Positions 47,196 through 56,819 of a stretch of DNA of 64,000 nt are shown here, one piece after another. Origin of the DNA: a virus; the IMG/VR virus record IMGVR_UViG_3300023181_000028, positions 1 to 64,000 of that record, one strand, 5' to 3'. The notes below the pieces were generated by a model. The model saw nothing but the letters and a program-made list of their open reading frames with translations, did no database searches and was not told the origin of the DNA. A program made the translations under genes and the position numbers. How positions within the stretch are numbered: the first letter of the stretch is position 1; every line of letters begins with the position of its first letter.

Positions 47196-47923
47196 GTAGA
47201 ATTATCTAGTGTAGTGTGCATTCCGGCACTTAATGAAATCCCTATGTAGGGATTGTGTAGTATGCCATAAACAATCTCTTGTCTATCAACATCACTTATC
47301 TGAGAGTCTAAAGCGCGGGCATGAGAACATTCCCTGTGCCATTCTTCTCTGGCCATATTCATCTTACCGTATTCCAAGCTATTCATTCCCTTCATACGGT
47401 AAAAATACCTCCAAATAATAAACTCCGTTATAGCCTGAACGTGATTCTCTCCCACAAGGTAAAACCCTTCGCAATCTGTTTCCTGTGCTAAATATTTGAT
47501 TGTTATCGCGCGGCTTGTACAATTATGGTCGAACACTAATTTATTGTTCTGAATAGTGTAATTAAGGCTTCCATTAAAGTTACCATCTCCGCCAACATCC
47601 ACAATCAAGAATGTAGGAATCTCGAATGTAGACGTAGTATTTATCCACGAGCAAGCTCTATCCATCAAAGCATCACAATGACACCCATGATCGCCATTAA
47701 CAGCCAACTGAATATGAATAGCCTCACTAGGCAAACAAGCAATGCCGTGTTCGATATTTAGAACAGCAATCTTAGGCACATACTGAGCTTTGCTTCCAAT
47801 CTCCTTTTCAGCCATTGTAGCCCATCTTGTAAATAAAGGGATTAACTTGTCATGATCTATACCAAGTCTGTCCATTGCGTCTACAATAGGGTTCTTTATG
47901 GATATAAGTTTGTTAATTGACAT
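47189..47923 (-). CDS. tail tubular/ring protein (crAss-type)
   Basis: synteny upstream of stabiliser; YTIQNNKL...ITIKYLA..TD.EG. Confidence 0.7.
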   Translation of the reverse strand: MSINKLISIKNPIVDAMDRLGIDHDKLIPLFTRWATMAEKEIGSKAQYVPKIAVLNIEHGIACLPSEAIHIQLAVNGDHGCHCDALMDRACSWINTTSTFEIPTFLIVDVGGDGNFNGSLNYTIQNNKLVFDHNCTSRAITIKYLAQETDCEGFYLVGENHVQAITEFIIWRYFYRMKGMNSLEYGKMNMAREEWHRECSHARALDSQISDVDRQEIVYGILHNPYIGISLSAGMHTTLDNSTW

Positions 47924-48371
47924 TCTCTATTCTATAATATGTATAAGTATTCTTTAATTCTTCGTGTACCCTGTGAGACATTTTCCTATCCGGCTGAAAC
48001 ACTAATTTACCCTTGTAATTCTTATCCTCCAACACAATCTTGTACTTAACATCCGGTCTACCTTCAAACTTTACAGCCTTCTTAATCTTTCCGGCTTTAG
48101 TTATGTTTCTTCCCGCCACTAGCAATCCAAAAGTTTTAGCATCCTCCACAATCTTCGTCCCAACTATCTCAAGACTAAAATTACTATCTACCTGCACCTT
48201 CCCCATTTTTAACAAGGGCTTAGTCAACCCATACTCCACATACTCCCTTAATATCTTATCAACGTCACTAAGCTTAATAGTCTTTTTAAACCTAGCCCTC
48301 ATCATTTTCTTAGCCCTACGCCTCAATACAGGCATATTAAAGGGCTTTGCTTGCGTCATCTTTGCTGTCAT
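47913..48371 (-). CDS. IHF/HU-like basic protein of the tail module
   Basis: basic; crAss-like phages carry IHF-like genes at this position. Confidence 0.6.
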   Translation of the reverse strand: MTAKMTQAKPFNMPVLRRRAKKMMRARFKKTIKLSDVDKILREYVEYGLTKPLLKMGKVQVDSNFSLEIVGTKIVEDAKTFGLLVAGRNITKAGKIKKAVKFEGRPDVKYKIVLEDKNYKGKLVFQPDRKMSHRVHEELKNTYTYYRIENVN

Positions 48372-49167
48372 TCCTAATGTCCGCTACTTGCTGCCTTTCA
48401 ATATTAAATTCCTTCGTTAGTATTTCTAATTCAATCTGTCTCATCATCTCTCCACCAGCAGGATAAGGATCAGTGTCCTTATAAGCTACAAACTGAGAAT
48501 ATAAATAAACGCTTCCCGAACCCTGATAAGTAGTGTCGGTTACAGCAGTGAACGATGTACATGGTTCTAACACTACCCCTTCATAAACTATCTGATTTCC
48601 TAAAACATAATACTTGATTCCTGGAACTAAAGTTGTAACGGGAGCAGAATTAATTAAAAATCCTTCCGCCGGATCTAACAATATGCCTATAAACCTTAGT
48701 TTCTCTACAACCCTATCCACATAGATAGTTGTATTAACCCTTGCGTACTTAGCAAATAGTTTATTAGTATGACCTTCGGGAGTATATCTCCACTGAGACA
48801 TTCTACTTGGGTAATATGTTGTTTTACCACATAAAGATATAAGGCTATAAACACCTAAATCCAAGTTACCGTCTTTACTCTGTAATGTTATAGTTTGAGG
48901 GATAGTGGACTTGGATATATCCCAGCAGCATGATTGATCTACTGTATCTCCCGATGTAACCCTATGAAATGTTAAATGAGTTCCTTCTGATAGCCAAGCA
49001 AAGTCTATAACGCCTGTACGTGCGTATTGAGCGATAATAAACTCTGCCCTAACCTGATTGTATTTGTATAACAGCCAGTCGTCATCAAGCCTCGAATCAT
49101 CAGTTATGCCGAAACGGGCAAGGATGTTCTTTAAGCTATCAATTGCATTTTTGGCTGTTTGTGGCAT
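48337..49167 (-). CDS. ring/adaptor structural protein (crAss-type)
   Basis: TDDSRLDD.W....NQVRA; C-terminal D.YP...NDSKD; -7 element at 49172-49179. Confidence 0.75.
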   Translation of the reverse strand: MPQTAKNAIDSLKNILARFGITDDSRLDDDWLLYKYNQVRAEFIIAQYARTGVIDFAWLSEGTHLTFHRVTSGDTVDQSCCWDISKSTIPQTITLQSKDGNLDLGVYSLISLCGKTTYYPSRMSQWRYTPEGHTNKLFAKYARVNTTIYVDRVVEKLRFIGILLDPAEGFLINSAPVTTLVPGIKYYVLGNQIVYEGVVLEPCTSFTAVTDTTYQGSGSVYLYSQFVAYKDTDPYPAGGEMMRQIELEILTKEFNIERQQVADIRNDSKDDASKAL

Positions 49168-49183
49168 AAAGCAAATATACTAC

Positions 49184-49594
49184 TTAATGTATTAGGATAA
49201 TCAGGCCGGATAATATTAATGTAGTGCAGCCAAATATTAACGTGGTAGACTTGAAGTTCTTTAACTTCTTTTCCTGCTTGTTGTATTTAATTACAAGTTC
49301 ATCATTAGCCTCTTTACGCGCGGCAATCTCATCATTCTTAACCTTCAATATAGACTCGTGTTTATCGTAACTGTCCGCCATCTTCAATATAATGCGATTT
49401 AAGCCTTTTATCTTATCAGCCTTTAATGTAGTATCAATTCTCAGGAATTGCGCGTCACGTTGCTCAAAAAGCAGGTAATCAATGCGCTCAACTGACATAC
49501 ATATAATGGAATCATTTTCCTGTGCCTTTAAAGAGACTGTCGATGTAACGAATACGAGAAGCGGTAGTAAAATTCTTAAACTGTTTTTTAGCAT
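49184..49594 (-). CDS. spanin-like component (signal peptide, coiled coil, C-terminal TM)
   Basis: overlaps upstream gene; downstream of endolysin and holin. Confidence 0.6.
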   Translation of the reverse strand: MLKNSLRILLPLLVFVTSTVSLKAQENDSIICMSVERIDYLLFEQRDAQFLRIDTTLKADKIKGLNRIILKMADSYDKHESILKVKNDEIAARKEANDELVIKYNKQEKKLKNFKSTTLIFGCTTLILSGLIILIH

Positions 49595-49838
49595 CTGAGA
49601 GATTTTTAAAGTTAATTTTAGATAATGAGTCTGTATGACGAAGGTATTGTTTAAATACTAATATAGAGTCATTATTACCCTTTATAATCATATTAAGACT
49701 ATCCTCCCTGCGTAGATAAGCACTATTGTCAAATGTTTTTTCAACGGGAGGTTTTACAGTGCATGATTTTAATCCCCATCCTATTCCGCCGAATAAGACC
49801 GCAATAGCGCATATAATATAAAGATCTCTTTTACTCAT
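49512..49838 (-). CDS. spanin-like component (N-terminal TM, coiled coil)
   Basis: start reassigned to ATG 49838 after TACATTTA (49844-49851). Confidence 0.6.
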   Translation of the reverse strand: MSKRDLYIICAIAVLFGGIGWGLKSCTVKPPVEKTFDNSAYLRREDSLNMIIKGNNDSILVFKQYLRHTDSLSKINFKNLSDAKKQFKNFTTASRIRYIDSLFKGTGK

Positions 49839-49859
49839 AACGGTAAATGTAAAAATAAA

Positions 49860-49888
49860 TGAAACCTTTTGCAAATAATTGCGTAATA
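49860..49888 (+). promoter_or_regulatory. ECF-like promoter TGAAAC-N16-CGTAATA
   Basis: motif variant heading a single inverted gene. Confidence 0.75.
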
Positions 49889-49905
49889 ATACAAAACTTA
49901 AAAAC

Positions 49906-50313
49906 ATGGAAACAAAAACATTAGAAGATTTCAGGGCAAACATTCAAGAGTTTGCGGACAAATTCAATTTACATTATAACGAAGAAGGTGAATGCGGATT
50001 CGGTCGAGAATGTGTAGGATTGTCTAAAAACAATAATTACGTGGAATATAATCCGACAAGTAGTCAGAATTACGAAAACATCCCTGAATTTTACGACGAA
50101 AGACTTTTAGATATAGTGCCAGAAGATGCGTATCATAAACATGATTGTTTAGCTGTTTTAGGACGTGGAGAAAACGCTATTCGTCAATTATCCGAATGGG
50201 TAGATAAACTAAAAGAATTAAATTGCACGGTTGAATCTTTTGACACTGGAAACACTGGCATTCAAGCTATTCTTTCTGGAACTATTAGATACGCAGTTAA
50301 GATTAACGATTAA
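49906..50313 (+). CDS. hypothetical protein (inverted accessory gene in lysis cassette)
   Basis: EGECGFGRECVG, AYHKHDCLAVLGRG; start reassigned to ATG 49906. Confidence 0.8.
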   Translation: METKTLEDFRANIQEFADKFNLHYNEEGECGFGRECVGLSKNNNYVEYNPTSSQNYENIPEFYDERLLDIVPEDAYHKHDCLAVLGRGENAIRQLSEWVDKLKELNCTVESFDTGNTGIQAILSGTIRYAVKIND

Positions 50314-50594
50314 TCCTTCTTATCAGGCGAATTAAGGGTGGCACCGTCTACATTTTCAATGTTATCCACTTGAATGTTAGCCTTGTCATCCTTATTTCTT
50401 TTAGAGCTTACAAAATAATATCCTAAAGCCAGCATAGCCATAGCATTACTATTCTGTAATATAATAGTGGTGTTAGTCTCAGTAGTGCGTACCTGACGCA
50501 ATAAAACTAATATATTAACAGTGCCGTCTAATAGGATTATAAGCAGCCCTATAATGGCTGTAATAGTCATATTTTCCTTTAGCCACGCTTTCAT
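50310..50594 (-). CDS. holin-like 2-TM protein
   Basis: two TM segments, GYYF.SS motif, adjacent to endolysin. Confidence 0.7.
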   Translation of the reverse strand: MKAWLKENMTITAIIGLLIILLDGTVNILVLLRQVRTTETNTTIILQNSNAMAMLALGYYFVSSKRNKDDKANIQVDNIENVDGATLNSPDKKD

Positions 50595-51178
50595 TACACC
50601 CTCTTGTTTAAATCTACATTAGTAGTGATACCATTAACAAGTCCTTTCTGCGTGTATTGCCACAAAACAGGTTTAACCCATCCTTTAGGAATTTTATAAC
50701 TATCTGAATAAGCCGCCACCCATAAAGGCACATTACCCAAATCGTGGTTCGCAGGTAAGTTCTCATTCAGAAACGGAGTGTAAGAATAAATCCAATAGTC
50801 GCTCACCCCATTAGCCTCCATCTCTTTAAAAAATGACTTAATCCACAATAGCACCTTATCTTTTGGCAACTTAGAAGCATTAGTCTCTAAATCCAATACA
50901 TAAGGCATCTCAGGATTAAAATTCTTAGTGATGCTCAGAAAGTACTTAGCTTCCGTTTTAGCGTCATTAACTACGTCAACGGCATTCAGACTAGCAAAAT
51001 GATAGAACCCTATCTTAAATCCAACCTTTTTGGCCTCCACTGCATTAAAAGTCATGTTAGCGTCCTTAAATCCAACACCCTCACTTGCTTTAATATAAAC
51101 ACCCTCTATTGCAGGTACATTACTTTTAACTGTCTTCCAGTCAATCTTCTTTTGCCATTTACTTACATCTATTATCAT
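50594..51178 (-). CDS. GH25 muramidase endolysin
   Basis: IDVSKWQ, IKASEG, GFYHF, LDLE, LWVAAY, LWQYT, VDLN. Confidence 0.95.
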   Translation of the reverse strand: MIIDVSKWQKKIDWKTVKSNVPAIEGVYIKASEGVGFKDANMTFNAVEAKKVGFKIGFYHFASLNAVDVVNDAKTEAKYFLSITKNFNPEMPYVLDLETNASKLPKDKVLLWIKSFFKEMEANGVSDYWIYSYTPFLNENLPANHDLGNVPLWVAAYSDSYKIPKGWVKPVLWQYTQKGLVNGITTNVDLNKRV

Positions 51179-51615
51179 TGTGGTGGGCTTTTAGTGATTT
51201 TAATTTTAGGCACGTATTTTAATGTGTCCGGCCAGTTTCTCTTACTTACTGTATCAGTTTTGATATCTATGTGATCCTCCAACTTGGGAGAAGCAAGTAT
51301 AACTATTCTTTTAATCTTTTTTTTATTCTCAGCCTTTTTAGGCATCTTTAAAGCGCTAAAATCCCTTTTTTGTAGTTCGATAAGCGCCGGATTTGAAGAG
51401 TCGTTTATGTGGTAGTTATTCAGGAATGTGGGGGCTAATTCCACAGAATATTCATTCATTATTTCCCCATATAAATTATTCTTCAGGTCTAAACTATGCA
51501 CGGCAAACCAAGCCCCGAACATCTCAAATATTACAAATGATAATAATATTAAAGATTTTGCCGTCTTTAAAAAGTCTAATATACCATCTAAAATATTAAT
51601 GGTTATGGCTTTCAT
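51175..51615 (-). CDS. membrane-anchored hypothetical protein
   Basis: one TM near N-terminus, lysis region. Confidence 0.6.
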   Translation of the reverse strand: MKAITINILDGILDFLKTAKSLILLSFVIFEMFGAWFAVHSLDLKNNLYGEIMNEYSVELAPTFLNNYHINDSSNPALIELQKRDFSALKMPKKAENKKKIKRIVILASPKLEDHIDIKTDTVSKRNWPDTLKYVPKIKITKSPPQ

Positions 51616-51808
51616 ATTGCTTCATTAATAAATTCACATTCACTTTAAGCTCCGCAATGGTTATTTTAATATCTGTCATAGCCTCCGCGTTTGTTGCCCA
51701 ATCCTTATTATAAGCAAAAAAGCAGCCAACGATAAGAGTTATAACACTGAGGTATTCTTTTATATAGTCCCAAAATGTTTTAGGCTCTGGCTTCTTTGCT
51801 GCTGTCAC
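51596..51808 (-). CDS. small TM plus coiled-coil protein (holin/antiholin-like)
   Basis: TM followed by heptads. Confidence 0.6.
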   Translation of the reverse strand: MTAAKKPEPKTFWDYIKEYLSVITLIVGCFFAYNKDWATNAEAMTDIKITIAELKVNVNLLMKQYESHNH

Positions 51809-52193
51809 TTATATTTGGATAAAGTTTATAAATCAAAACAAATATTGTAAATACAAATATAACCTTATCTACAATACCAAAACTGTATACATTAGCATAA
51901 GTTCTTTCCCACGCATCTGTCAAAATCAAATTACACGGAACCGTTAATATCGCTCCCACAAATCTATGTCCAAAGTAAGCACAAAGCAAACTACACACAC
52001 TAACAAATGCTGCGGTAATTAAAGATAATATCCTTTTTTCCAACCTATAACCATCTTGCCAGCAATAAATATCATCACACATAGTAGGGTATTTCATTCT
52101 CACGTATGTGTCTTTATACATAAACCAATAAGTTGCAAGAATTACCAAGCAACTTATTAGCGTAATGTACATTATTTTAATCCTCTTACTCAC
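51780..52193 (-). CDS. multi-TM membrane protein
   Basis: about four hydrophobic segments; GTG start. Confidence 0.7.
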   Translation of the reverse strand: MSKRIKIMYITLISCLVILATYWFMYKDTYVRMKYPTMCDDIYCWQDGYRLEKRILSLITAAFVSVCSLLCAYFGHRFVGAILTVPCNLILTDAWERTYANVYSFGIVDKVIFVFTIFVLIYKLYPNISDSSKEARA

Positions 52194-52384
52194 TAGTGAG
52201 GTTTTGGTGGACGTGGAGGTAAATCTTCATTCCATGTTTCCACAACAGCGTCAATTCGCCTTGCAATAGCCTCAGCAATAGACTCATTATACGGAAAGTC
52301 AAATGTTCCAGTACTGTCATATTCAGTTTTTATAGCCGCAATCTCGGCTTGAAGCGCTGAATCTAAATCATTAATTTTACTCAT
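52193..52384 (-). CDS. small hypothetical protein
   Basis: 63 aa ending LPPRPPKPH. Confidence 0.65.
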   Translation of the reverse strand: MSKINDLDSALQAEIAAIKTEYDSTGTFDFPYNESIAEAIARRIDAVVETWNEDLPPRPPKPH

Positions 52385-52411
52385 AGTTTATTTATTTTTT
52401 ATTGTTTATAA

Positions 52412-53323
52412 TTAAAAGCTTGATTTTACATATTTATAAATATCCGCGTCTGGCTGTGCTGTATTTGCATCTAATCCGCCAATGGTCATAAATTCATCAA
52501 GCGTATTCACTACCATGCCACTAGCATGCCTCCTACGTGGACTGTAAGGCGCTTTAAGCCAATTGCGACCAAAGTCACCTGAATAATAAAGTCCATCCGT
52601 GACGTTAGCCACCTGATACCAAATTAATCCAGCCCATACAATTCCGGTAGAAAATAATCCTCCCATATTTGTTGGAAGCGTGGCAACCTCAGTCCAGCTT
52701 ACACCAGAATTAATACTTTCAATTACCTTGTAATTTAAAACCTCGCCATCATTATAAAGCCCTCCGGCAATATAAATAAAGCGAGTAGAACTTATTGCAT
52801 AAAATACCCCAGCAGAAGACGTAACTAATGGTAAATTACCCATATCCGTAACTACACCTGCCGCTGTTATTCTATAAAGTTTTAATAAAGCGGTAGCGCC
52901 AACCCCATTTGGTTGAGTTTGACCGCCTGCAATGTAAAAATTTGTACCGTCAAATCCCCTACCAGCTACATAAACACCTGGTATATCTAAAGCGGCAGTT
53001 ATTAAAGTCCATGTGTTAGCGATGTAATCGTACTCATACATATCCACAGCACTATCTCCACCTACCACGTACCCCTTGTTCCCTATAACTCCACTTGTAA
53101 ACCAATGTCTTCCTGTGCCGGGAAATGACGCTACAGAAGTCCATGCGCCAACTCCATTGTTTGTATTTTTATAACAATTTGTAATATAAGTTGTGCCATT
53201 CCATCCCATCACCTTAACTAAGGTTCCATCTGGGAATAGCCATACGGCATGACTGTCAGTCTTTATAAAACCAGCATCCGCAGTAACTAATGTTTGTTGA
53301 AATTTATAAGGTGTTCTTGCCAT
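52412..53323 (-). CDS. Kelch-repeat beta-propeller structural protein
   Basis: repeated YVVGG/YIAGG...Y...W units. Confidence 0.85.
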   Translation of the reverse strand: MARTPYKFQQTLVTADAGFIKTDSHAVWLFPDGTLVKVMGWNGTTYITNCYKNTNNGVGAWTSVASFPGTGRHWFTSGVIGNKGYVVGGDSAVDMYEYDYIANTWTLITAALDIPGVYVAGRGFDGTNFYIAGGQTQPNGVGATALLKLYRITAAGVVTDMGNLPLVTSSAGVFYAISSTRFIYIAGGLYNDGEVLNYKVIESINSGVSWTEVATLPTNMGGLFSTGIVWAGLIWYQVANVTDGLYYSGDFGRNWLKAPYSPRRRHASGMVVNTLDEFMTIGGLDANTAQPDADIYKYVKSSF

Positions 53324-53325
53324 AA

Positions 53326-54231
53326 TTACGCGGGTGAATAAAATCTAAGTCTAACAATTCCATCCGCTCCATCTCCTCCGTTGCCACCAGTTCCACTTCC
53401 AGGCGCGCCACCACCGCCGCCACCACTTCCCGGAGAACTTCCGTTACCTCCGTTAGCAGCGCCAACAGCTCCATTTCCACCACCACCATCACCACCTAAA
53501 CCTGGAATCCTACCAACGTAACATCCACCGCCGCCACCAGCAGCATCTTTAGTTCCTGTGATTAATGACAGCGTTCCGTCACCACCTTTACCTGTTATAG
53601 CCCCATCACCACCAACTTCAAATGTACTTCCGCCCCCGCCTCCGCGATAAGGTTCATTATTATTTATTGACTGACCTCCGTTATTATCTGCACCTATACC
53701 TCCCGGACTTGGAGCGCCAGCTTGACCACCACCTCCACCTCCGTTACCACCATTGCCTGCCGCTAAAGAGTCAATACCAACACCTCCATAGCCACCACCC
53801 TCTGATGTTATTCCGTTAAAATAAGAATCACCACCCTTTGTACCTACAGTTGGAGCAGAAACACCTTGAATGCCAGCTATTCCACCTACACCCTTAGCCC
53901 CTACAAATATTGCATAAGGCATTGCTAGTGGCCTAAATGTACCAGACTTCCATTGTCCTGCACCACCGCCGCCAGAAGCAGCTCCATTTCCAGTTCCGCC
54001 GCCTCCACCTCCGCCTCCCGGAACAACTTCATAATAAACATCACCATCCGAACTATCAGGAACGAATGTAAAGTCTATTTGATAAGTTGTAGCAAGAGGA
54101 AATATTATTTCTTTATAATTACCATCCTGAGTAACAGTTCCGTCAGTCCCAAATTGCATGAATTGAGAACCTGAGCCACCTATTAAGTTTCTTCTAAAAA
54201 ACGGGGATTTGGCTATACCTTTTCCGGGCAT
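53326..54231 (-). CDS. glycine-rich tail/virion protein
   Basis: GGGGGGG runs, ends G.DGIVRLRF. Confidence 0.85.
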   Translation of the reverse strand: MPGKGIAKSPFFRRNLIGGSGSQFMQFGTDGTVTQDGNYKEIIFPLATTYQIDFTFVPDSSDGDVYYEVVPGGGGGGGGTGNGAASGGGGAGQWKSGTFRPLAMPYAIFVGAKGVGGIAGIQGVSAPTVGTKGGDSYFNGITSEGGGYGGVGIDSLAAGNGGNGGGGGGQAGAPSPGGIGADNNGGQSINNNEPYRGGGGGSTFEVGGDGAITGKGGDGTLSLITGTKDAAGGGGGCYVGRIPGLGGDGGGGNGAVGAANGGNGSSPGSGGGGGGAPGSGTGGNGGDGADGIVRLRFYSPA

Positions 54232-54232
54232 A

Positions 54233-54556
54233 TTATGAGTACGCTAGAATTGAACCTGACGCTAAAGTAATAGCTGTTATAGTATAACCATTAGGAACTA
54301 TTAAAAGATCCACTGTGTTTAATGTAAGGCCGGAAATATTAAACTCAGTTAAAAAATTAACAGTCGTTCCGCTTGCATTAGTTCCCGACAGAAGAGATAT
54401 CACGGTAGCCTCTCTTGGCTGTATAGACGACACGCTTAACCCCGTTCTTGCGTTAGTATCAGCGTAAACCTTAGTTCCGCCATTTGCGCCCATTTTGTTT
54501 AAATTCGGATTGTTAAGTATCGCGTGTAAAAGCGCACTAAAATATTTATATTCCAT
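54233..54556 (-). CDS. small structural protein
   Basis: ends TAITLASGSILAY; -7 element at 54572-54579. Confidence 0.7.
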   Translation of the reverse strand: MEYKYFSALLHAILNNPNLNKMGANGGTKVYADTNARTGLSVSSIQPREATVISLLSGTNASGTTVNFLTEFNISGLTLNTVDLLIVPNGYTITAITLASGSILAYS

Positions 54557-54580
54557 TGAATGTAATTTTGATAAAAGTAC

Positions 54581-54610
54581 AAAAAAAAAGGAGAACTTTC
54601 GCTCTCCCTT
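54581..54610 (-). terminator. intrinsic terminator
   Basis: GGAGA stem followed by T-run on minus strand. Confidence 0.7.
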
Positions 54611-54614
54611 AAAT

Positions 54615-55058
54615 TTAAGATTTAATCTCGAAGCCTATAGTTAAGACCCCGTTTAAAGCGTTCGTCGCATGAGTGTTGACAATCACAATGTCGAAAGTAG
54701 TAGCAGTTCTATTCTTCACAATTACAGAAGGAACACCATTAGTTAAAATAGTTCCTGCGTAATCCGTAATATAAGCCTCCACATTTGCAGTAGCAGATGT
54801 AGAAGAGTTAGTTACAGTGAATGTAGAGGCCGCTAAACCTGCCGTAGTTGCATTGAAAGTAGTAATTAACCCTTTGGTGCCATTTAAGGTTACGCCCGTT
54901 GTAAGGGAGGTTAATTGAGTTGCTGTATTGGTTGCCACAATAAGCATAGTTTGACTTACAATAGTAACGTCATTAGGCAATATGCCCGGAGCAACGTTCC
55001 CTATTCTAGCAAGTCTTTGTAAAACGTATCTAACGTTATCTTTTAATGTTAATACCAT
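54615..55058 (-). CDS. head fibre/decoration-like protein
   Basis: TQLTSLTTGVTLNG..G.IT...FTVTNS beta motif. Confidence 0.7.
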   Translation of the reverse strand: MVLTLKDNVRYVLQRLARIGNVAPGILPNDVTIVSQTMLIVATNTATQLTSLTTGVTLNGTKGLITTFNATTAGLAASTFTVTNSSTSATANVEAYITDYAGTILTNGVPSVIVKNRTATTFDIVIVNTHATNALNGVLTIGFEIKS

Positions 55059-55071
55059 AATATTTAGGTTT

Positions 55072-55095
55072 AAAAGGGGGCTTTTTACACCCCCT
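55072..55095 (-). terminator. intrinsic terminator
   Basis: AGGGGG...CCCCCTTTT. Confidence 0.75.
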
Positions 55096-55105
55096 AAATT
55101 AATAA

Positions 55106-56713
55106 TTAGTCAATTACTGTATCAGATCCAACAGACCAGAACTCAGTGATATTCGGAACCGCAGCAACACTATTTAAGTTAGTGTACTGGAAGAAAGGAA
55201 TAAGCACAGTACCAGCAGCAAACACTAAAGGCACAGTAGTTCCTACAGAGTAGATAGGGTAAGATACGTTGTTCACAAACGCTGTTACAGTACCATCAAT
55301 GGCAACCTCTACGCGGAAGTCATAAACAACCGTAGTGAGTAAGTTAACCGCAGAAGTAGTAGTTACAGAAGCGGCAGAAACCAATGAACCGTAAGTTGCA
55401 ATCGCAGTTCCAGCAGCGCCAGTTCCAATAGTAGCAAGTTTACCGTATGTTCCAAAAGCTGCTTGGTGAGCCTCTTTACTTCTGAATCCAACCATGAACA
55501 CAATGTTCGCAGGAGTTGTAAAAGATGCCTTAGCGTTAACCGTAGCAGGAGTTTTACCAACAATGAATTGCTGACTGTTATTCGTGCTTAAAGAAGGAGT
55601 ATAAGCAGCACCCTCAGTTGCAGTTGCATCTTGCTCAAACAAGAAACCTGTAGCGGAGTTAGCACCTGTAACGATAGTTTGAGTTCCAATGTTAAAGTGA
55701 TTCAACATTCCATAAGGAGTAAGGAACTTGTTAGCAACACCAGCAGTTGTAGCAGGAGCCGCGCCAAGTAAACCTTGCTCTACGAAATCTTGGTCAAACC
55801 ATTGTTGAACTAAAGAAGCGTCCATGTAACAAGTTTGAACCATCAATTTACGAAGTTCACGCTCAGCAGTTAAGAAACCAGCTAAGTTAGTTGTAGATGA
55901 TCCAGTACCATTATCCACAGCGATTGCAGATTCACGAGGAACATATACATACTGACCTGATAGATTTGCACCAACGATCTCTTTTAAAGAGTTGATAACG
56001 AAAATATCATAATTCTGACCAGCGGTAGCATAAGTCTTAGGATTAGTTGCAGTTCCAAAAGGAGCATCTAAATTACCTTGAATTAAGTTACCATACATAT
56101 AGTCGATAACCGGAGCTTGTTGCGCCAATTTAGCACCTACACCACTTGAAGTCTGACCCGCAGTTGTTACAGTGAAATTACTTCTTGTGAAACCTGATTG
56201 ATCTGGATTAGCCACAGTGATTACAGTACTAGCGAATTTCTCGTTAGTCATTGTCTGTGATTTCTCTGGATAGTAATCAGTGTTATCTGTTACTGTGAAA
56301 CCATTACCACTTCCTAAAGAAACGGCAGTAACGCGATTCACACCACTCTCTAAGTTGATTTTAGCAACTAAACCAGCGTGGATAGCCTCACGTTGCTGAG
56401 CAACCGTACCGTAAATGTTTACGTTAGAATTGGTTTGAAATGTGTAACGTCTAAGGTTTTCCTGATAACCATCTCTAGTACGGTTAGGATCACCAATTGC
56501 TACTGTATAATTTGTTAAACCGGTTGGCGTATAAGCCGTGTTACCTACTGTTACTACTTGAGCCACAGCGGCGCGATACTTGATTTGAACGATTCCGGTT
56601 ACATTCTTTTTAAGAATTTCCTTCAAACCTGTGATGTTAATTTTTCCACCACTGCACTGCACATCCGCATTTGAGGATGTTTTCAACAGTACTGATTCTC
56701 TTACTGATTTCAT
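55106..56713 (-). CDS. auxiliary capsid/major structural protein
   Basis: 535 aa, own promoter-like element (56745-56752) and terminator, downstream of MCP. Confidence 0.7.
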   Translation of the reverse strand: MKSVRESVLLKTSSNADVQCSGGKINITGLKEILKKNVTGIVQIKYRAAVAQVVTVGNTAYTPTGLTNYTVAIGDPNRTRDGYQENLRRYTFQTNSNVNIYGTVAQQREAIHAGLVAKINLESGVNRVTAVSLGSGNGFTVTDNTDYYPEKSQTMTNEKFASTVITVANPDQSGFTRSNFTVTTAGQTSSGVGAKLAQQAPVIDYMYGNLIQGNLDAPFGTATNPKTYATAGQNYDIFVINSLKEIVGANLSGQYVYVPRESAIAVDNGTGSSTTNLAGFLTAERELRKLMVQTCYMDASLVQQWFDQDFVEQGLLGAAPATTAGVANKFLTPYGMLNHFNIGTQTIVTGANSATGFLFEQDATATEGAAYTPSLSTNNSQQFIVGKTPATVNAKASFTTPANIVFMVGFRSKEAHQAAFGTYGKLATIGTGAAGTAIATYGSLVSAASVTTTSAVNLLTTVVYDFRVEVAIDGTVTAFVNNVSYPIYSVGTTVPLVFAAGTVLIPFFQYTNLNSVAAVPNITEFWSVGSDTVID

Positions 56714-56819
56714 TTTTTAATTTAGTTTAAATTGTTTATATGCGTAAATGTCGGATTAATTCAAATACAAAACACATTTTAACAATTAAAATGAAACCTT
56801 TTTGGAATTATAGAGCCAT

